DNA from: a virus
Lineage: Duplodnaviria; Caudoviricetes
Direction: 5' to 3' (one strand)
DNA length: 64,000 nucleotides
Virus record (IMG/VR): IMGVR_UViG_3300022602_000027
Below are positions 44,383 to 57,000 of this stretch, one piece after another; positions within the stretch are counted from its first letter, which is position 1, and each line of letters opens with the position of its first letter. The position numbers and the translations under genes are program-made. The notes under the pieces were generated by a model that saw only the letters and a list, made by a program, of their open reading frames with translations, searched no databases and was not told the origin of the DNA.

Positions 44383-45926
44383 TAGTATTGACCTAAATAA
44401 CGAATATTAACAGTAGTTCCAGCATTTACGGTCCACGCTTCAATAACTTTAGTTGTTCCAGCTGTACCACTAGTTAAAACTGCACTAGCTGCCGCATTAA
44501 CTCCACCGCCACTTGTAATTGAAATAGTTGGAGGAGTTGAAGTATATCCAATACCTGGATTAGTAATAGTTAACGCACTAATACCGCAACTAAGAACAGC
44601 ACGTAATCCGTTACCAGTGCCTGTTATAGTTTCTAATTGATACAATGCACCACTTAATGGAACTGTTAGTGATCCGCATGGGACTCCAGTAAACGTTCCA
44701 ACTGGACCAGTAGTAGCATTAGTTACAGTAATGGTTGTAGTTTGTGTAACACTTCCAGTTGCCGCTAAACTCATAGTAACTGAAAATACACCACCGCTAA
44801 CTGAACCAACTGATGAAATTGTAGCACCAGTTGCTACACTTGTACCTGATAATGTTAATCCAACCCAACTAGATACCGCAGTATAGTAGCTAGCTGGAAT
44901 ATTACCAATGCTTGCATTACCGCCAATAATTTGTGCCGGGAATGAAGTAGATAATGTTGCTACAGTTAGGTATGTATTGCTGTAACCCACAACTTTAACA
45001 ATATCGCCTACAGCATAACCATTTCCTGCTACGCCACCTTGAATAATACCAGCACCTGTGTAGCTTCCTTGTGCAGGACAATTTACAACTACGTTGGTAG
45101 CACTGCATGACTGAACAATCCAAACGCCGTTATATGCACTAGGAGTTACTCCAGACACAACAATGCTTTGTCCAGGTGTATAAGGTGCAACAGGTTGACT
45201 ACTAAATGTAAATGTTACAGTAGTTCCAGTACCAGAAGCTCCAGTAGTAGCAATGCTAGTACTTGCTAGATTGGCTACACTAGCAGAAACAATAGTGTAT
45301 GTTGGTGTAGCTGTTGGTAATACATAATTAGTTTGAGGACTGCCGCCACTAAATCCAATAGATACAGGACTAGTATATCCTGTTCCAGCATTAGTTACAG
45401 AAATTGATGCAACGCTTTCACCGCCTAATGTAAATGATGCTGGAAATGCTGTATCATATTTTATTGATCCATTTGCAGTTGCAAATGTAGGAGACCATAC
45501 ACCATTAGTATCGCTAGCTACTAAAACAACTGCATTAGAAAAAACACTATTACCAGTATATGCAGGCCAATTAATAAAAGTTAATGTAGCATTACCTGAT
45601 ATTGTAAACTTTTGTACAGCACCAACTGATAAATCAATGTTAGCAGTTGACGACACACCGCTAGCACTATAAAGCGTTCCACTAAATTGTTGATATAATC
45701 CGTTGCTAAGTGTACTACCCAACATGTTATTAACCACAGGTTCCGATTGTGTAGCTAAATCAGCTTTAATTACTGCTACAGTTTGTAGTGCTGTAATTTC
45801 ACTTTCAGCAGTATTAAAATTAGTTTGAATAGCGGCAAAATTAGAACGAAAACCTTGGCTATCGTTATCTTGTCCCGCTACGGGAAAGGTGGTTGAAATT
45901 GTTGATGGGTTTATTTGACTTGTCAT
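44382..45926 (-). CDS. virion structural protein, tail/baseplate-associated (514 aa)
   Basis: T/S/G-rich beta composition; N-terminal FPVAGQDNDSQGFRSNF; structural gene block. Confidence 0.65.
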   Translation of the reverse strand: MTSQINPSTISTTFPVAGQDNDSQGFRSNFAAIQTNFNTAESEITALQTVAVIKADLATQSEPVVNNMLGSTLSNGLYQQFSGTLYSASGVSSTANIDLSVGAVQKFTISGNATLTFINWPAYTGNSVFSNAVVLVASDTNGVWSPTFATANGSIKYDTAFPASFTLGGESVASISVTNAGTGYTSPVSIGFSGGSPQTNYVLPTATPTYTIVSASVANLASTSIATTGASGTGTTVTFTFSSQPVAPYTPGQSIVVSGVTPSAYNGVWIVQSCSATNVVVNCPAQGSYTGAGIIQGGVAGNGYAVGDIVKVVGYSNTYLTVATLSTSFPAQIIGGNASIGNIPASYYTAVSSWVGLTLSGTSVATGATISSVGSVSGGVFSVTMSLAATGSVTQTTTITVTNATTGPVGTFTGVPCGSLTVPLSGALYQLETITGTGNGLRAVLSCGISALTITNPGIGYTSTPPTISITSGGGVNAAASAVLTSGTAGTTKVIEAWTVNAGTTVNIRYLGQY

Positions 45927-48900
45927 ACTGTTATCCTGTCGTCTCTAAATACAAGGTATTTATCGCTTGTATAACCCGTAACAGCAGAGATCGTGAATCT
46001 GTCTACGGTATAGTCTAATGTGTTAAAATTAAAGCCGCTATACTTGATATTTGACACAATAGCGGCGCTAGTTCCTGGTTTGCAGAAGCAAATTGGTACG
46101 CATAACACATAACCTAGTTGTTCTTTTGATCCTGTTGGCATACTACGCATCCATAAAGGCAAATAGTTACGTTCTGTTAATCCAACAGTACTTAATCGTT
46201 TTTGCCAATTTGTTACACTACTGTTAAAGTAGGTATCGGTATTAGGGTTACTAGCTTCGTATCCTGTGCTATCGATAGTAATGTTATAGTCTGGGCGAGT
46301 ATTTGATGGAGCTCCCGCAGTTAAATCACTAAGTTTAGTTGACCATATACTGTTACTATCGTCTACAGTAATAGTTTCTGGCTCTGTACTATTAGATCTA
46401 AATGATGCAGAAGGATGTAATCCGTTAGGTTCTGATGGATCTAACATTTGAATGTATACAACTTCATAAACATCTTGATTTGAGTTAGGATCAACGGCAA
46501 CAGCAGTTTTTATACTTCCAAATTTAAATCTTTTACGCTTTACACCTAATCCCATTGCTCCTACGTATGCCGCCGCAACTTCAGTTTGTATGCCCGCATA
46601 TACTAACATTTGTAAATTAGTCTGGACACCAAACGTTGGGTCATTAGTTCTGTAGATACTGCTAGGAGTAAAAATTGCAGTATTGTTAATAAATGCTTTC
46701 CAAGCACTTCGCTGTGTTGGAGCCAAGAATGGTTGTGTAGTAATATTACTATATGGTACAGTATTTGGTGTGGTAACTGTAACTGTAAATGTTTTTGTTA
46801 ACGCACTATATTGATAAGAGTCGCTAGCAGTTACAGTAAATGTAAATGTTCTTCCGATAGTAGTTAGGCCATGATCAAAAGTGGTAGTTCCATTATTGAA
46901 TGTAGTTAGTCCTAGTAATCCTGTAGTAGAATCATAATATTGATTTGGAGTTCCAACTAATTCTCCATCTAGATTTAAAGTTACTCCAGGTGGCAAATTT
47001 CCACTTGATAGGTAGTAAAGTACGCTAGTATTAGCCACATTGCTACTAGCAGAAACTGATAAAGTGCAAGGATACGCCGCAGGAATAGTTCCAAGGTTGC
47101 TTGGAGAATTCCAAGTAATTTGACTAGTTACTGATCCTAAAATTGTTATATTAAATGTTCTGAAACTAAGAACAGTTTCAAAATTAGTTAACGATGCACT
47201 AGTTCTTACAGCAGTTATTGTAAAGTTATAAGAAGTAGTAATAGCTGGTTGATATGGAACACGCCCGTAAACTTCACCAGTGTTGATATCAAAGGTCGTA
47301 CCTTTTGGTAGTTGGCTTAGTGAACCTATATAAAAAGATGTAAGATCGGGAGGAGCAACTTCTAAAGGTGTACTTAATGTTAATCTATATGAATTAGATC
47401 CTAGGCTGGCAACATTTGATATTTGATAAACTGTACCAGTCGCATTAGATATGTAATTGTCAAATGTTAAATACTGTCCAGCAGTTGGAGTTCCGGTTAC
47501 ATTAATAACTGTTAAATGAGTACCGCTGTATACCATTGTCGACCCTGTAAGGGTTAATGTGGCATTTGTTGACATTGTTAACGTATAAGAATTAGCAGTA
47601 AATGTTACTCCTGTTGGGGTTCCTGCAATAGTTGGAACTGCTGACCCATTAAAACTTGATGATAGTGTAAATGTTGTAAATCCGTTAGTAGCAATGATGT
47701 AATAAGTATTAGAAATATTTTTATCTAAATAATTTGATATCATTTTTGATACACCAAATGTACCTGCAACAACTATTTGTTGTCCAACAAACATTTGAGT
47801 AGATGCAAAAGCGCAACTAAATGTACCACCAGTTCCGGTGATTACAACATTAGATAATAAAACATCATGACTAACACTATTGATAACAGCACCACTAGGA
47901 ATACCTGCACCTTGAATAGTTTGTCCTATACTGTATGCGTAAGCATGAGACACTCCGGTGACTACATTACTTCCGCTAGTAAGATTACCAGTGAATGTAA
48001 TTGATTTTATATTGTCATACTGAGTTAATTTTTGTGTAACTGCATATACTTCGCAGTTAGTTGTTTCTAATCGGAATATAACATCAGCATTATCGTACAA
48101 TAATACTGGTACAGTAAGATAGTTATTAGCTCTATAAGTACCTAAATTTGCATCTGACAGCCAAACGGGATTTCTAAGGAAACTAGAGTCAGCAGTAAAA
48201 CTACCTGCAAATCCATCTCGGCTTATAGAGTCTGCACGGAATTGATCACTACCTAATACAAATATTTTAAAAATTCTTTGAGCAGATGTTATACCATCTG
48301 ATACTGTAACTTTAAATTGATAATTTTGATTTAAGGTGCTAGGCAGTCTTACCTTAGAACTATAGTCCCAAGTAACATCGTCATATTGATATGTGTCAAA
48401 TCCATCTGTGGGCACAATAGCAAAGTCGTAGCCTGCATCATCAAAATATGTTTCGTCAAATGTGCCATCACCATCTGTAACGGTAATTACAGTTTGAGGA
48501 TTAGGCAATACATATCCGCTGATTACACCTGAGTCAGAAAGTGTTAACCCTGGAGGCAACAATCCATCACCGCTGGCAATAAAATATTTTAAATTTTTTC
48601 CAAGTACAGTGTTTTCATCAAATGCTTCAATTTGATAACTAACATAGTTTCCATCTAACGCATATAACTGGTGATGTACTCCAACTGGTAAATTACCAGC
48701 AGGAGTTTCAAATACTGGAGCATTTGCTCCGTTAATTTGGATAGTAAATGTTCTATCAGCAAACCCTGAACCATTAACTAATACACTTGCAATATTTTCA
48801 GTAATATTTACAGCAAACGTTCCATCACCGTTGTCTGAAACAATATAAGTTCCTGTAGGAATACCGGAACCAGTTAATGTCATACCCACTAAAAATGTTC

Positions 48901-49201
48901 CAGTAATAGTTCCACCTGGTATAAATTTTCCTGCATCAAACTGTGCGGCTGTTGAGTTAGCAGTTCCATTGGCTCTAATACAAAATTGATATGTTTGTAT
49001 ACCTTGAGTAACAAATGGACTACCGGTGATAACTCCATTTTTTATAGCCAAGCCTCCTGGCAACGCACCAGAAATTATAGTAAAGGTAAGATTAGTTGTA
49101 GTAACAGGTAGCGAAACACTAACGGCTACCTGTTCAGGGAATGGTTGTCCGTTATTGCTAAAATTGTATCCTGATGGTTTTGTCCAAATGTTTAGTGGCA
49201 T
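45923..49201 (-). CDS. large baseplate/tail protein with Ig-like (He_PIG-type) repeats (1092 aa)
   Basis: Repeated SG.LP.G[LV].[IL]...G.[IL].G.P motifs (SGALPGGLAIKNGVITGSP, GLLPPGLTLSDSGVISG, SGNLPPGVTLNLDGELVGTP). Confidence 0.65.
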   Translation of the reverse strand: MPLNIWTKPSGYNFSNNGQPFPEQVAVSVSLPVTTTNLTFTIISGALPGGLAIKNGVITGSPFVTQGIQTYQFCIRANGTANSTAAQFDAGKFIPGGTITGTFLVGMTLTGSGIPTGTYIVSDNGDGTFAVNITENIASVLVNGSGFADRTFTIQINGANAPVFETPAGNLPVGVHHQLYALDGNYVSYQIEAFDENTVLGKNLKYFIASGDGLLPPGLTLSDSGVISGYVLPNPQTVITVTDGDGTFDETYFDDAGYDFAIVPTDGFDTYQYDDVTWDYSSKVRLPSTLNQNYQFKVTVSDGITSAQRIFKIFVLGSDQFRADSISRDGFAGSFTADSSFLRNPVWLSDANLGTYRANNYLTVPVLLYDNADVIFRLETTNCEVYAVTQKLTQYDNIKSITFTGNLTSGSNVVTGVSHAYAYSIGQTIQGAGIPSGAVINSVSHDVLLSNVVITGTGGTFSCAFASTQMFVGQQIVVAGTFGVSKMISNYLDKNISNTYYIIATNGFTTFTLSSSFNGSAVPTIAGTPTGVTFTANSYTLTMSTNATLTLTGSTMVYSGTHLTVINVTGTPTAGQYLTFDNYISNATGTVYQISNVASLGSNSYRLTLSTPLEVAPPDLTSFYIGSLSQLPKGTTFDINTGEVYGRVPYQPAITTSYNFTITAVRTSASLTNFETVLSFRTFNITILGSVTSQITWNSPSNLGTIPAAYPCTLSVSASSNVANTSVLYYLSSGNLPPGVTLNLDGELVGTPNQYYDSTTGLLGLTTFNNGTTTFDHGLTTIGRTFTFTVTASDSYQYSALTKTFTVTVTTPNTVPYSNITTQPFLAPTQRSAWKAFINNTAIFTPSSIYRTNDPTFGVQTNLQMLVYAGIQTEVAAAYVGAMGLGVKRKRFKFGSIKTAVAVDPNSNQDVYEVVYIQMLDPSEPNGLHPSASFRSNSTEPETITVDDSNSIWSTKLSDLTAGAPSNTRPDYNITIDSTGYEASNPNTDTYFNSSVTNWQKRLSTVGLTERNYLPLWMRSMPTGSKEQLGYVLCVPICFCKPGTSAAIVSNIKYSGFNFNTLDYTVDRFTISAVTGYTSDKYLVFRDDRITV

Positions 49202-49205
49202 AGTG

Positions 49206-50054
49206 TTAGCCTAATGCGGCGCTCATAGCGATTGCTAAAGATTTAAGATTTGTTCCGCCCACTGTTAATGTTCCAGTTACATTAACATTACTTACATTAG
49301 CAGTTCCAGTAATAATAGGGTTAGTCATAGCAGGGCTAGTGCTAGTTAATAATGTTCCACTACTTGGAAGTATTAGATTAGAATTACCTAATAAATTTAA
49401 AGTTAGACTATGATTACCTACAGTAATTAAATTACCGCTTAATACTAATTGATGATCCTGACCGTCTTGAACAAGATCGGCAGTTGTAATGTATCCAAAA
49501 TTTATATGATCATTTGTAGTTGTAAAATTTGTACCAAAGTCCCATGAGTATCCGCCACTAGTTTGTCCATTGCCTGCAGGAATCATTGGAGCGGTTTCAA
49601 ATCCAGTAGGGTTACTAAAAGACCCTAAGTCTACATTTAAATTATTATTGTCTATAAGGATGGATAACAAATTGTTACTGATGCGTTGATCGTATCCGTA
49701 CACTGTTGTTTTACTATCCCCACCGTAAATGTAATTGTTATTTAGGTTTAAGTTATGCGATAATGTAGGATTTGGATCAGTTGAAAGAGTAGCAATTGAT
49801 TCTAAATTTACAGTAGTAGCTGTATTTGTAATTGATACAGTTGCACCTATGCTAGTTAGACTTTTAAATTCTAAATTGCCATTAGTGGTGTCCTTCCAAA
49901 TACCAGTACCAGATCCTACATTTGTAGCACCTGTTATAGTAGTACTTAACAGAGCAAAACTGTTATTAACTCGTTGAAATGCGGTACGCAAATCGTCACC
50001 TGTACCGTCATTTGCGTATGTTCCTAGTTGTACTGGTAGTAATAATTGTGTCAT
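49206..50054 (-). CDS. baseplate/tail protein with T4 gp9/gp10-like N-terminus (282 aa)
   Basis: LGTYANDGTGDDLRTAFQRVNNSF. Confidence 0.7.
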   Translation of the reverse strand: MTQLLLPVQLGTYANDGTGDDLRTAFQRVNNSFALLSTTITGATNVGSGTGIWKDTTNGNLEFKSLTSIGATVSITNTATTVNLESIATLSTDPNPTLSHNLNLNNNYIYGGDSKTTVYGYDQRISNNLLSILIDNNNLNVDLGSFSNPTGFETAPMIPAGNGQTSGGYSWDFGTNFTTTNDHINFGYITTADLVQDGQDHQLVLSGNLITVGNHSLTLNLLGNSNLILPSSGTLLTSTSPAMTNPIITGTANVSNVNVTGTLTVGGTNLKSLAIAMSAALG

Positions 50055-50079
50055 TGTTGCCGCTCTCTTTTAGTATTTA

Positions 50080-51078
50080 TTAATAACTTGGGTACCATTT
50101 TGATGTACCGCCGTCGTATGTCATAATCATTGCTTTAGATACCACTGCGGTTGATGCTAGGGCAATATTTCCACTTGTACTAGTAGTCCATATTCCTGTA
50201 GGAATAAGTGTAATTTGCCCGCCATATGTTGCAATTCCGCTAGGCGGGGTAATGGTAGTAATTTGTGTAGTCCCTGATATAAATGTAATTGGGTTAGTTG
50301 GTGCAATAGTTGTTGCACTACCTATTGTTCCAGCGGTCTGTGCTGTGGCTACAATACCTACTGTGGTTGTACCGTTTAGAGTTGGACCATTATTGCTTAA
50401 TGTGATATTAGTTGCCCCACCACCACTTTGTAGAGCACCATTAAATTTAACTGCGCCGTTATACGTAGTAACACCACCAATGGTAACTGATACCGTTCCG
50501 CTTGATCCAGTGCCAATATTGATATTAGTTGTAGAACCTGTTGCACCGTTAGTACCGATGTTTACTGTTTTAGTAATTGTATTTGCTACTGAGGCAGTAT
50601 TAATGTTAGTTGTACTATTTGCACTTGTACCATTATATCCTAATGTTAATGTAGTAGCACCGTTAGCAAAAGTAAGAGTAGAAGCCGCATTAAGTAAAGC
50701 TACGCTTGTATTAGGAGTTGCAAAAATAGTACTAGTGCTAGCGGAACCGTCAATATTTCCAGGAATTGTAAAATTTCCTGTGTTACTTAACGTAGCAGTA
50801 TAACTGCCATTAGTTAACGAATTAGATGTAAGAACTGCCCAACTTAAACTTGTTCCGTTTGTAGTTAATACTGCTCCGCCATTATTAGTCTGGCTTGGTA
50901 TAGATGTGACATTAGAAGATAATGCATAAGAACTTAGTGTACTAGTTAAACTTGTCGAAGTTACGTAACTAGTATATAAATCTGTAAAATTAGCATTTAT
51001 TTTAGTAAACGCAGTACGTAGCGGATCGCCAGTACCATCGTTGACTGTAGTTCCTATATTGATTGTTTGTTGTGTCAT
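50080..51078 (-). CDS. baseplate/tail fibre protein with T4 gp9/gp10-like N-terminus (332 aa)
   Basis: IGTTVNDGTGDPLRTAFTKINANF; T/S/G-rich. Confidence 0.7.
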   Translation of the reverse strand: MTQQTINIGTTVNDGTGDPLRTAFTKINANFTDLYTSYVTSTSLTSTLSSYALSSNVTSIPSQTNNGGAVLTTNGTSLSWAVLTSNSLTNGSYTATLSNTGNFTIPGNIDGSASTSTIFATPNTSVALLNAASTLTFANGATTLTLGYNGTSANSTTNINTASVANTITKTVNIGTNGATGSTTNINIGTGSSGTVSVTIGGVTTYNGAVKFNGALQSGGGATNITLSNNGPTLNGTTTVGIVATAQTAGTIGSATTIAPTNPITFISGTTQITTITPPSGIATYGGQITLIPTGIWTTSTSGNIALASTAVVSKAMIMTYDGGTSKWYPSY

Positions 51079-54000
51079 TAATTTCTCCCTACAGCAACTT
51101 CAATGATTCCAGCTTCGCCGTAATCTTTATCTTGTAATGCCTTACCAATAATAGCACCTAGTGTCGGTGTCAATGCTTTAACAGCGTATCCTGGGGTTGC
51201 ACTAGTTGTCAACATGTCACCTTTCTTAACACGGCCAACAACTTTAACTGGAACACGTCCGGCTAGTGCTACAAGATTTTTCAATCCTGGACATTCGTCA
51301 TACATTACAAACGCTGCCTTATCTGTATGACTTACTACCCCTGCTAGGCGTGTGTCGTTTATTTGATCAGTAACTGTAATCTCTTTATCACCGCCAAATA
51401 CAACTACAGTACCTACTTCGTATTCAGCATCACCTTCATAATACTCAGCTAAGTCAGCGGAGTATGTAGCAGTTAATGTTGAAGTTCCATAAAGTTTAAA
51501 TTGTCCATAGAAGTATGCAGTATTAGTTGTAACTAGACTTCCAGCATACGCACCAGCAACAATATTATTGGTAAAGAAATTAGCACCACTAACGTCAACG
51601 CTTCCCCCACTACCTAAAGTAATTTGTGAGTTAGCACCAATGTTCATTGTGGTACCTATACCACCACCAAGTGTTATATTACCTGTACTAGAACCACTAA
51701 CGGTAGCCCAAGTATAACCTCCAGGTGCTTTGTGATTAAACACACTACCTGTGCTGTTATAACTTAGTGCGTTATTGCCACTGATACTTAATCCAGTTAC
51801 GTCAATAAATCCAGTACTTGAATCAGAGTATGGAATAGTACTTACGCCATGAATTGTACTATAAGTTAATGTACCATAGCTAGTATGGAAACCAGTTGGA
51901 GTAGCACCAGCATAACCTGAACTACCGTTACCTCCTGTTGTACTACTAATGTACATAATACCAGGAGTTACAGTTCCAGCAGTTGCAAATTTATCATTAG
52001 TTATAGCATTACCATAAATGGCAACATTGTTAAAACTAACAGTATTAACAGGAGCCGCATTACCTGAAGCAGTTCCGTCAACAGTTCCTAAGTTACCAAC
52101 TAGCGTACCTTGAGGTTGGTAAGTTAACTTACCTGGTTGAATACCAGTTGTAGTTGAAGTAGAACCTACTAAATCAATCCAACCATATGTTGATGTAAAC
52201 ACATTGCTGTTAAACTGAGCTAAACCAGTAGTGCTTTGTGTATAGCCTGTTGGAGCAGTAGCAGTACTAGCAGTGGCAAATTGCATCAACAATTTACTTT
52301 GTTGAATTGCTGCCGCGCTGTTAACCATGCTATCAACAATACTGTTTGAATTAATAATGTTTGTTAGTGTAGAACTAGCAGAATTATATGTCCAGTTACT
52401 ACTATTACCAATAATAGTACCAAGCGTCGTTGCAGATCCGCTAGTGGTATTACTATAACTTACATTACCTGTACCGGCACTAAATGTACTTGCAGTAACA
52501 ACATATATACCGTTATATCCTGTTGGAACCATTCCGTTGACAATAATAGTTTGTCCTACAACATATTGACTAGTTGAAGCGTAGTAAGTTAATGTTGCAA
52601 CAGAACCTGTACCACTTGCTCCTTGAACTGCTACAACTGGGTTAGATCCTTGAGGTATAGCAATATTTCTCCAACGAGTTGTTAGGAATGTTACTTGATT
52701 AGCAGATGCAGTACCATTAGAAAGTACAAGATTACTTCCATTTAATGTAGAACTAACTGTTATTTGGTTAGTACCAGTGTTAACACTAGTGATATAATAA
52801 GTACCAGCGGCCAATCCAGATGGTTGTAATGCTGATCCAGTAAATGTAATTGTATCACCAATTGTTAAGTTAGTAGTTGAAGTAACGTTAATTACGTTTG
52901 AATTTTGTGTTGTAGCAGTTGCACTACCTGTTGTAGTATCATATATTAAAATATTTCCTACAGCTGGTGTTGTAAGCTCTACGTCTTTTAATCCGCCTAA
53001 GTAAGCAGTAGCATCAACATACGTCTTATTAGCGGCATCAGTTCCGTTAACTGGAGTACCAACGTTAATGATGTTGTTATTACCCATGTTTAAGTTAGAC
53101 TTCATAGATAATGAGCCACTTAACGGTAAGAAGCCAGGACCAATTAAATTACTTGCGGTAGTTGCCGCGCCAGTATTTGTTAATCCTAAACGATCATTAA
53201 TGTAACCAATGACAGCAGTTTGTGTTGGTACTACGAAGTCAGAATCTTGACTCATTGAAGCGTCATTTGAGAATTCTGTAATTGTAACACCTTGTTTGAA
53301 ACCTAAACCTGTCAAGTTACTTAAAGCAATTGAAGCACTAAATGTAACAGTACCTGTACCTTGGTCAACAGTAAAATACTTACCAACACGGAAGATACCG
53401 TTTTCGTCAGTACTCATGTAGAATACACGACCAACAGTTTCTTCAACAATTTGATTTCCTGGTTTAGCTGATATAGCTGGAGCACCAAAGATTGTATTTG
53501 GGTAGTTAGAAGTGTTGTAACCGCCAGTACCGATTAACAAGAAGTCATGTCCTGTAGCACGGCAAGTACTGATGTTAACAATAATCTGTCCTGTTGATTG
53601 TGCAGGATAACCAACCTTCAATGCTGTAGTTGTAGTAAACGGTTTACTAATACCTAAGTTTGAACTAGAGCTTGTAGTTGCTTCTATGCTTACGCTTGCT
53701 GAACCTGTGAATGATCCAGGGTTGTTTGGATACTGTAATTGTAAACTTGAACCAGAACCGCCAGTACTGTTTACGCACAACCATGTTCCGTTAAATGCTA
53801 CGTTAATACTGTTCCATACTCGATAGTAAGCACCTGGAGTAATAGTCATAGTTGCTACAGTCAATGTAGCAGTATAAGTTCCTGAACCTGAACCTGACAC
53901 ACTTGCATTGCTGATAGTGTAACCAGTAAAGGTATTGCTACCTCCAAAGGTAAAGTTAGTTGCTACCCAGTTAATTGCAAGTCCGGTAATACTACCAGTA

Positions 54001-57000
54001 CCGCTAGATACTGGAACAAATGCACTACCAAATTGCGAAGTGCTAATTGTAAACTGTGTACTACTGTAAATGCTTTGAATGTAGTATGTAGTTCCTACTG
54101 TAGCGGCAGCTGTTGATGATGCTGGAACACCTGCAACAATATATCCTGCTTGAGATGAACTAGAAGTAGGTAGTGTGAATATAATTTGGTTGCCTACTAT
54201 TAATCCAGCAGTTGATGTAACTGTTAACAAGTTACTTGTAAATTGAATTCCAGTTAATACTCCACCAACTGTAGGGCTTAAATTAGATGTAATAGATGCT
54301 ACTTCACTTCTTGCAGTTGGATAACCTACTGCAATTTGTGTAGTATTACTTGATCCTGTGATAGTTGCACTGAATGGTGTAACACTAGACATTGTTACAT
54401 TAAATGTTGCACTACCATAACTTGGAGTAATAGTTGGAGCTGAAGTGTAACCGTAACCACCGCTAACAACTACCACAAGTGAGTTAATAGTTTGACTTAC
54501 AGAGTCAACTGTACAGTATGCTTGTGCAAATATGCCATGAGTTGAATCAACGCCACCACCACTGAATGTTAGTGTAGGTGCTGTTGCATATCCGTTATTA
54601 CCAAGAGTGTTAACTGTAATGCTAGCCACTGTTAGAGGGAACGTAGCAGTAATACTTGCACCTGGCGGTAACCAACATGCAGGGCTTACTACAAATGTGT
54701 TTCCAGTACTTGATATTGATTGAACAATACAGTTAGGAGGTATAATTGCACCAGTTGTACTACTAGATAGGATCATACCTACTTGTAAGTTTGTTATACT
54801 TGAAACACTAATTGTTGTTTGACTAGTGTTACCTACAACTTGATATGTACCATTGTACGATGCAGTACTTTGTCCGCTAATTGCAATGTAACTATCTACT
54901 GGTGGTAACACTGGTGTTGGGTTAGCACTAGTTTGTGTGTTAGGAACATTATAGGTTACGTATTCGTAACTGGTGTTATTAACGCTATATTGAGAACTAA
55001 CAAATGTTAAAGCACCTGCTGAAACATTAGATCCTGCAAGGTTGTATATTGGGTTTGGATCAATAGTTATATAAGACTGTTGATTCGTACCAAACGATAA
55101 TGACGCACCAGCTGTTACTGAACTTACAGTTCCACTTAGTGTTACAGTATAATTACCACTGCCGTTTGGACCACTTACCGCAGTAACATAAACTGCTTGC
55201 CCGGTAAATCCTGTTCCTGTGTTGTTGTATACATAGGTATATTGGTTGCTTGCTATTACACTTGGAATAATAGTTCCTGTTACGCCACTAACAGTTAGTG
55301 TAGGAGTAACAGAAGTTCCTCCACTTACATAAGTTGCTGTAGCAACTAATACAGGTGGAGTGTAACTAATAACACGATGTACACGACCGTTATAAGAAGT
55401 AATGTATGTTCCTGTATTAAGTTGTGATATTGTTATTGATTGTGAAAGCGGACTAACAGCAATCTTATTATCACCAACTTGAGCACCTAATGTCTTAACA
55501 GCAAAGTATACAAATCCAACAGGAGTAATGCCTGATGTAGGAACTGCACTTAATGTAATTGTGTAATTGCCTGCACTTGGGCCTGATACACTAACAACTG
55601 TCTGTGTAGTAAATCCTAATCCACCAACAGTCATGCCTTGTGCAATAGTACCAGATACACTTGAAACAACAAGGGTAGTAGATGAAATACTTGATACTGT
55701 AGCACTAGCATATCCTGTTAGATACGGAGTAGGATCAGCTGTACCAACAGTGATCGGATCAGTAGCCAACTGATAATAGTTAAATGATGAGTCAGTTTGA
55801 ATAATTGATGTAGTTTGAACTACATTTGAGAATACAATAGTTTCGCCTACAGTTGGTTGTGTAGTAGGAGTACCAGTTAATGTTACTGCATAATCTGAAC
55901 CACTAATAAACGAAACGCTATAAACAGTTAAGGTACCGGTAAATCCAATACCACTTATCACTTGTCCTGCGCTAATAGTTCCAGACCCAAGTGTTACTCT
56001 GATAACAGCAGAACTAGTAGCGTTACTTGTAGGACTTACGTAGGTTGCAGTAGCACCGGTTGTTAATTGTGTTAAAGATTCACCTGTTGATTCGATTAAG
56101 TTATAAGCAATAACTCTATAAACAGTGGCCAAGTTATTTGAATACTGGAAGCTAGTACTTGGGCGAGTTGGATGTACAGTTGCAACATTTAGAACTTTTT
56201 GGTTTTGTAATGCACGGATTGTAACTAACTGTCCATCATACAATGGGTATTGTAATCCGCTGGTACTTGTACCACCAGTACCTGATGTACTAAAACTTAG
56301 TTGTAATACGTCTTCTCCATTAATTTGAATACCAGCATGTTGAACGTTTGCTACTGAATAACGAGTAATACCACCGCCTGCTAGACTGTGATCAATTTCA
56401 ATTTCTGAATTGTTAAATGGTGTGTATTGATATCCAATAACCCATACACTTAACGCAGGAGTTGCCGCTGTTGGAACCATATAGCCAGCAGTAGAACCTT
56501 GTTTATAAACACGAGCAGTTTGTATTTGGTTGCTAGCTAAAGTAACAACGTTTGGTATTTGAGTCTGATCATAACCAGTAGCACGTAGTCCGTAGTCACC
56601 GTTTGAGTTAGACCCAGCAACAGAACGGATCTGAGCACCATTCAACGCCCAATATGCAGTATGGTTATAGTAAGTAAAGGTTGAAACTTGTTCTGTTAAA
56701 CCGTTATTAGTTGCTAATACACCGTAACCTAAATCGTTAACTTGTGTATAATCGTTTGCCAACATTGAACGGTTACCGCCCATCTCAATTGGAATATTTA
56801 AACCTCCACCTTGGTCGATATACGATACTAAACCAGACGATGTTGAACCAATTAGGTTAATAGGACTGACACCGGATGCAACTACTTGAGAAGCATTTAC
56901 GGTCCATGTGCTAACCCCAGTTGATCCGCTACCAGTTAAGTTGGCAGTAATTGTTGTACCTGAAGTTATACCATTTCCAGAAATAACCATACCAGAAACA

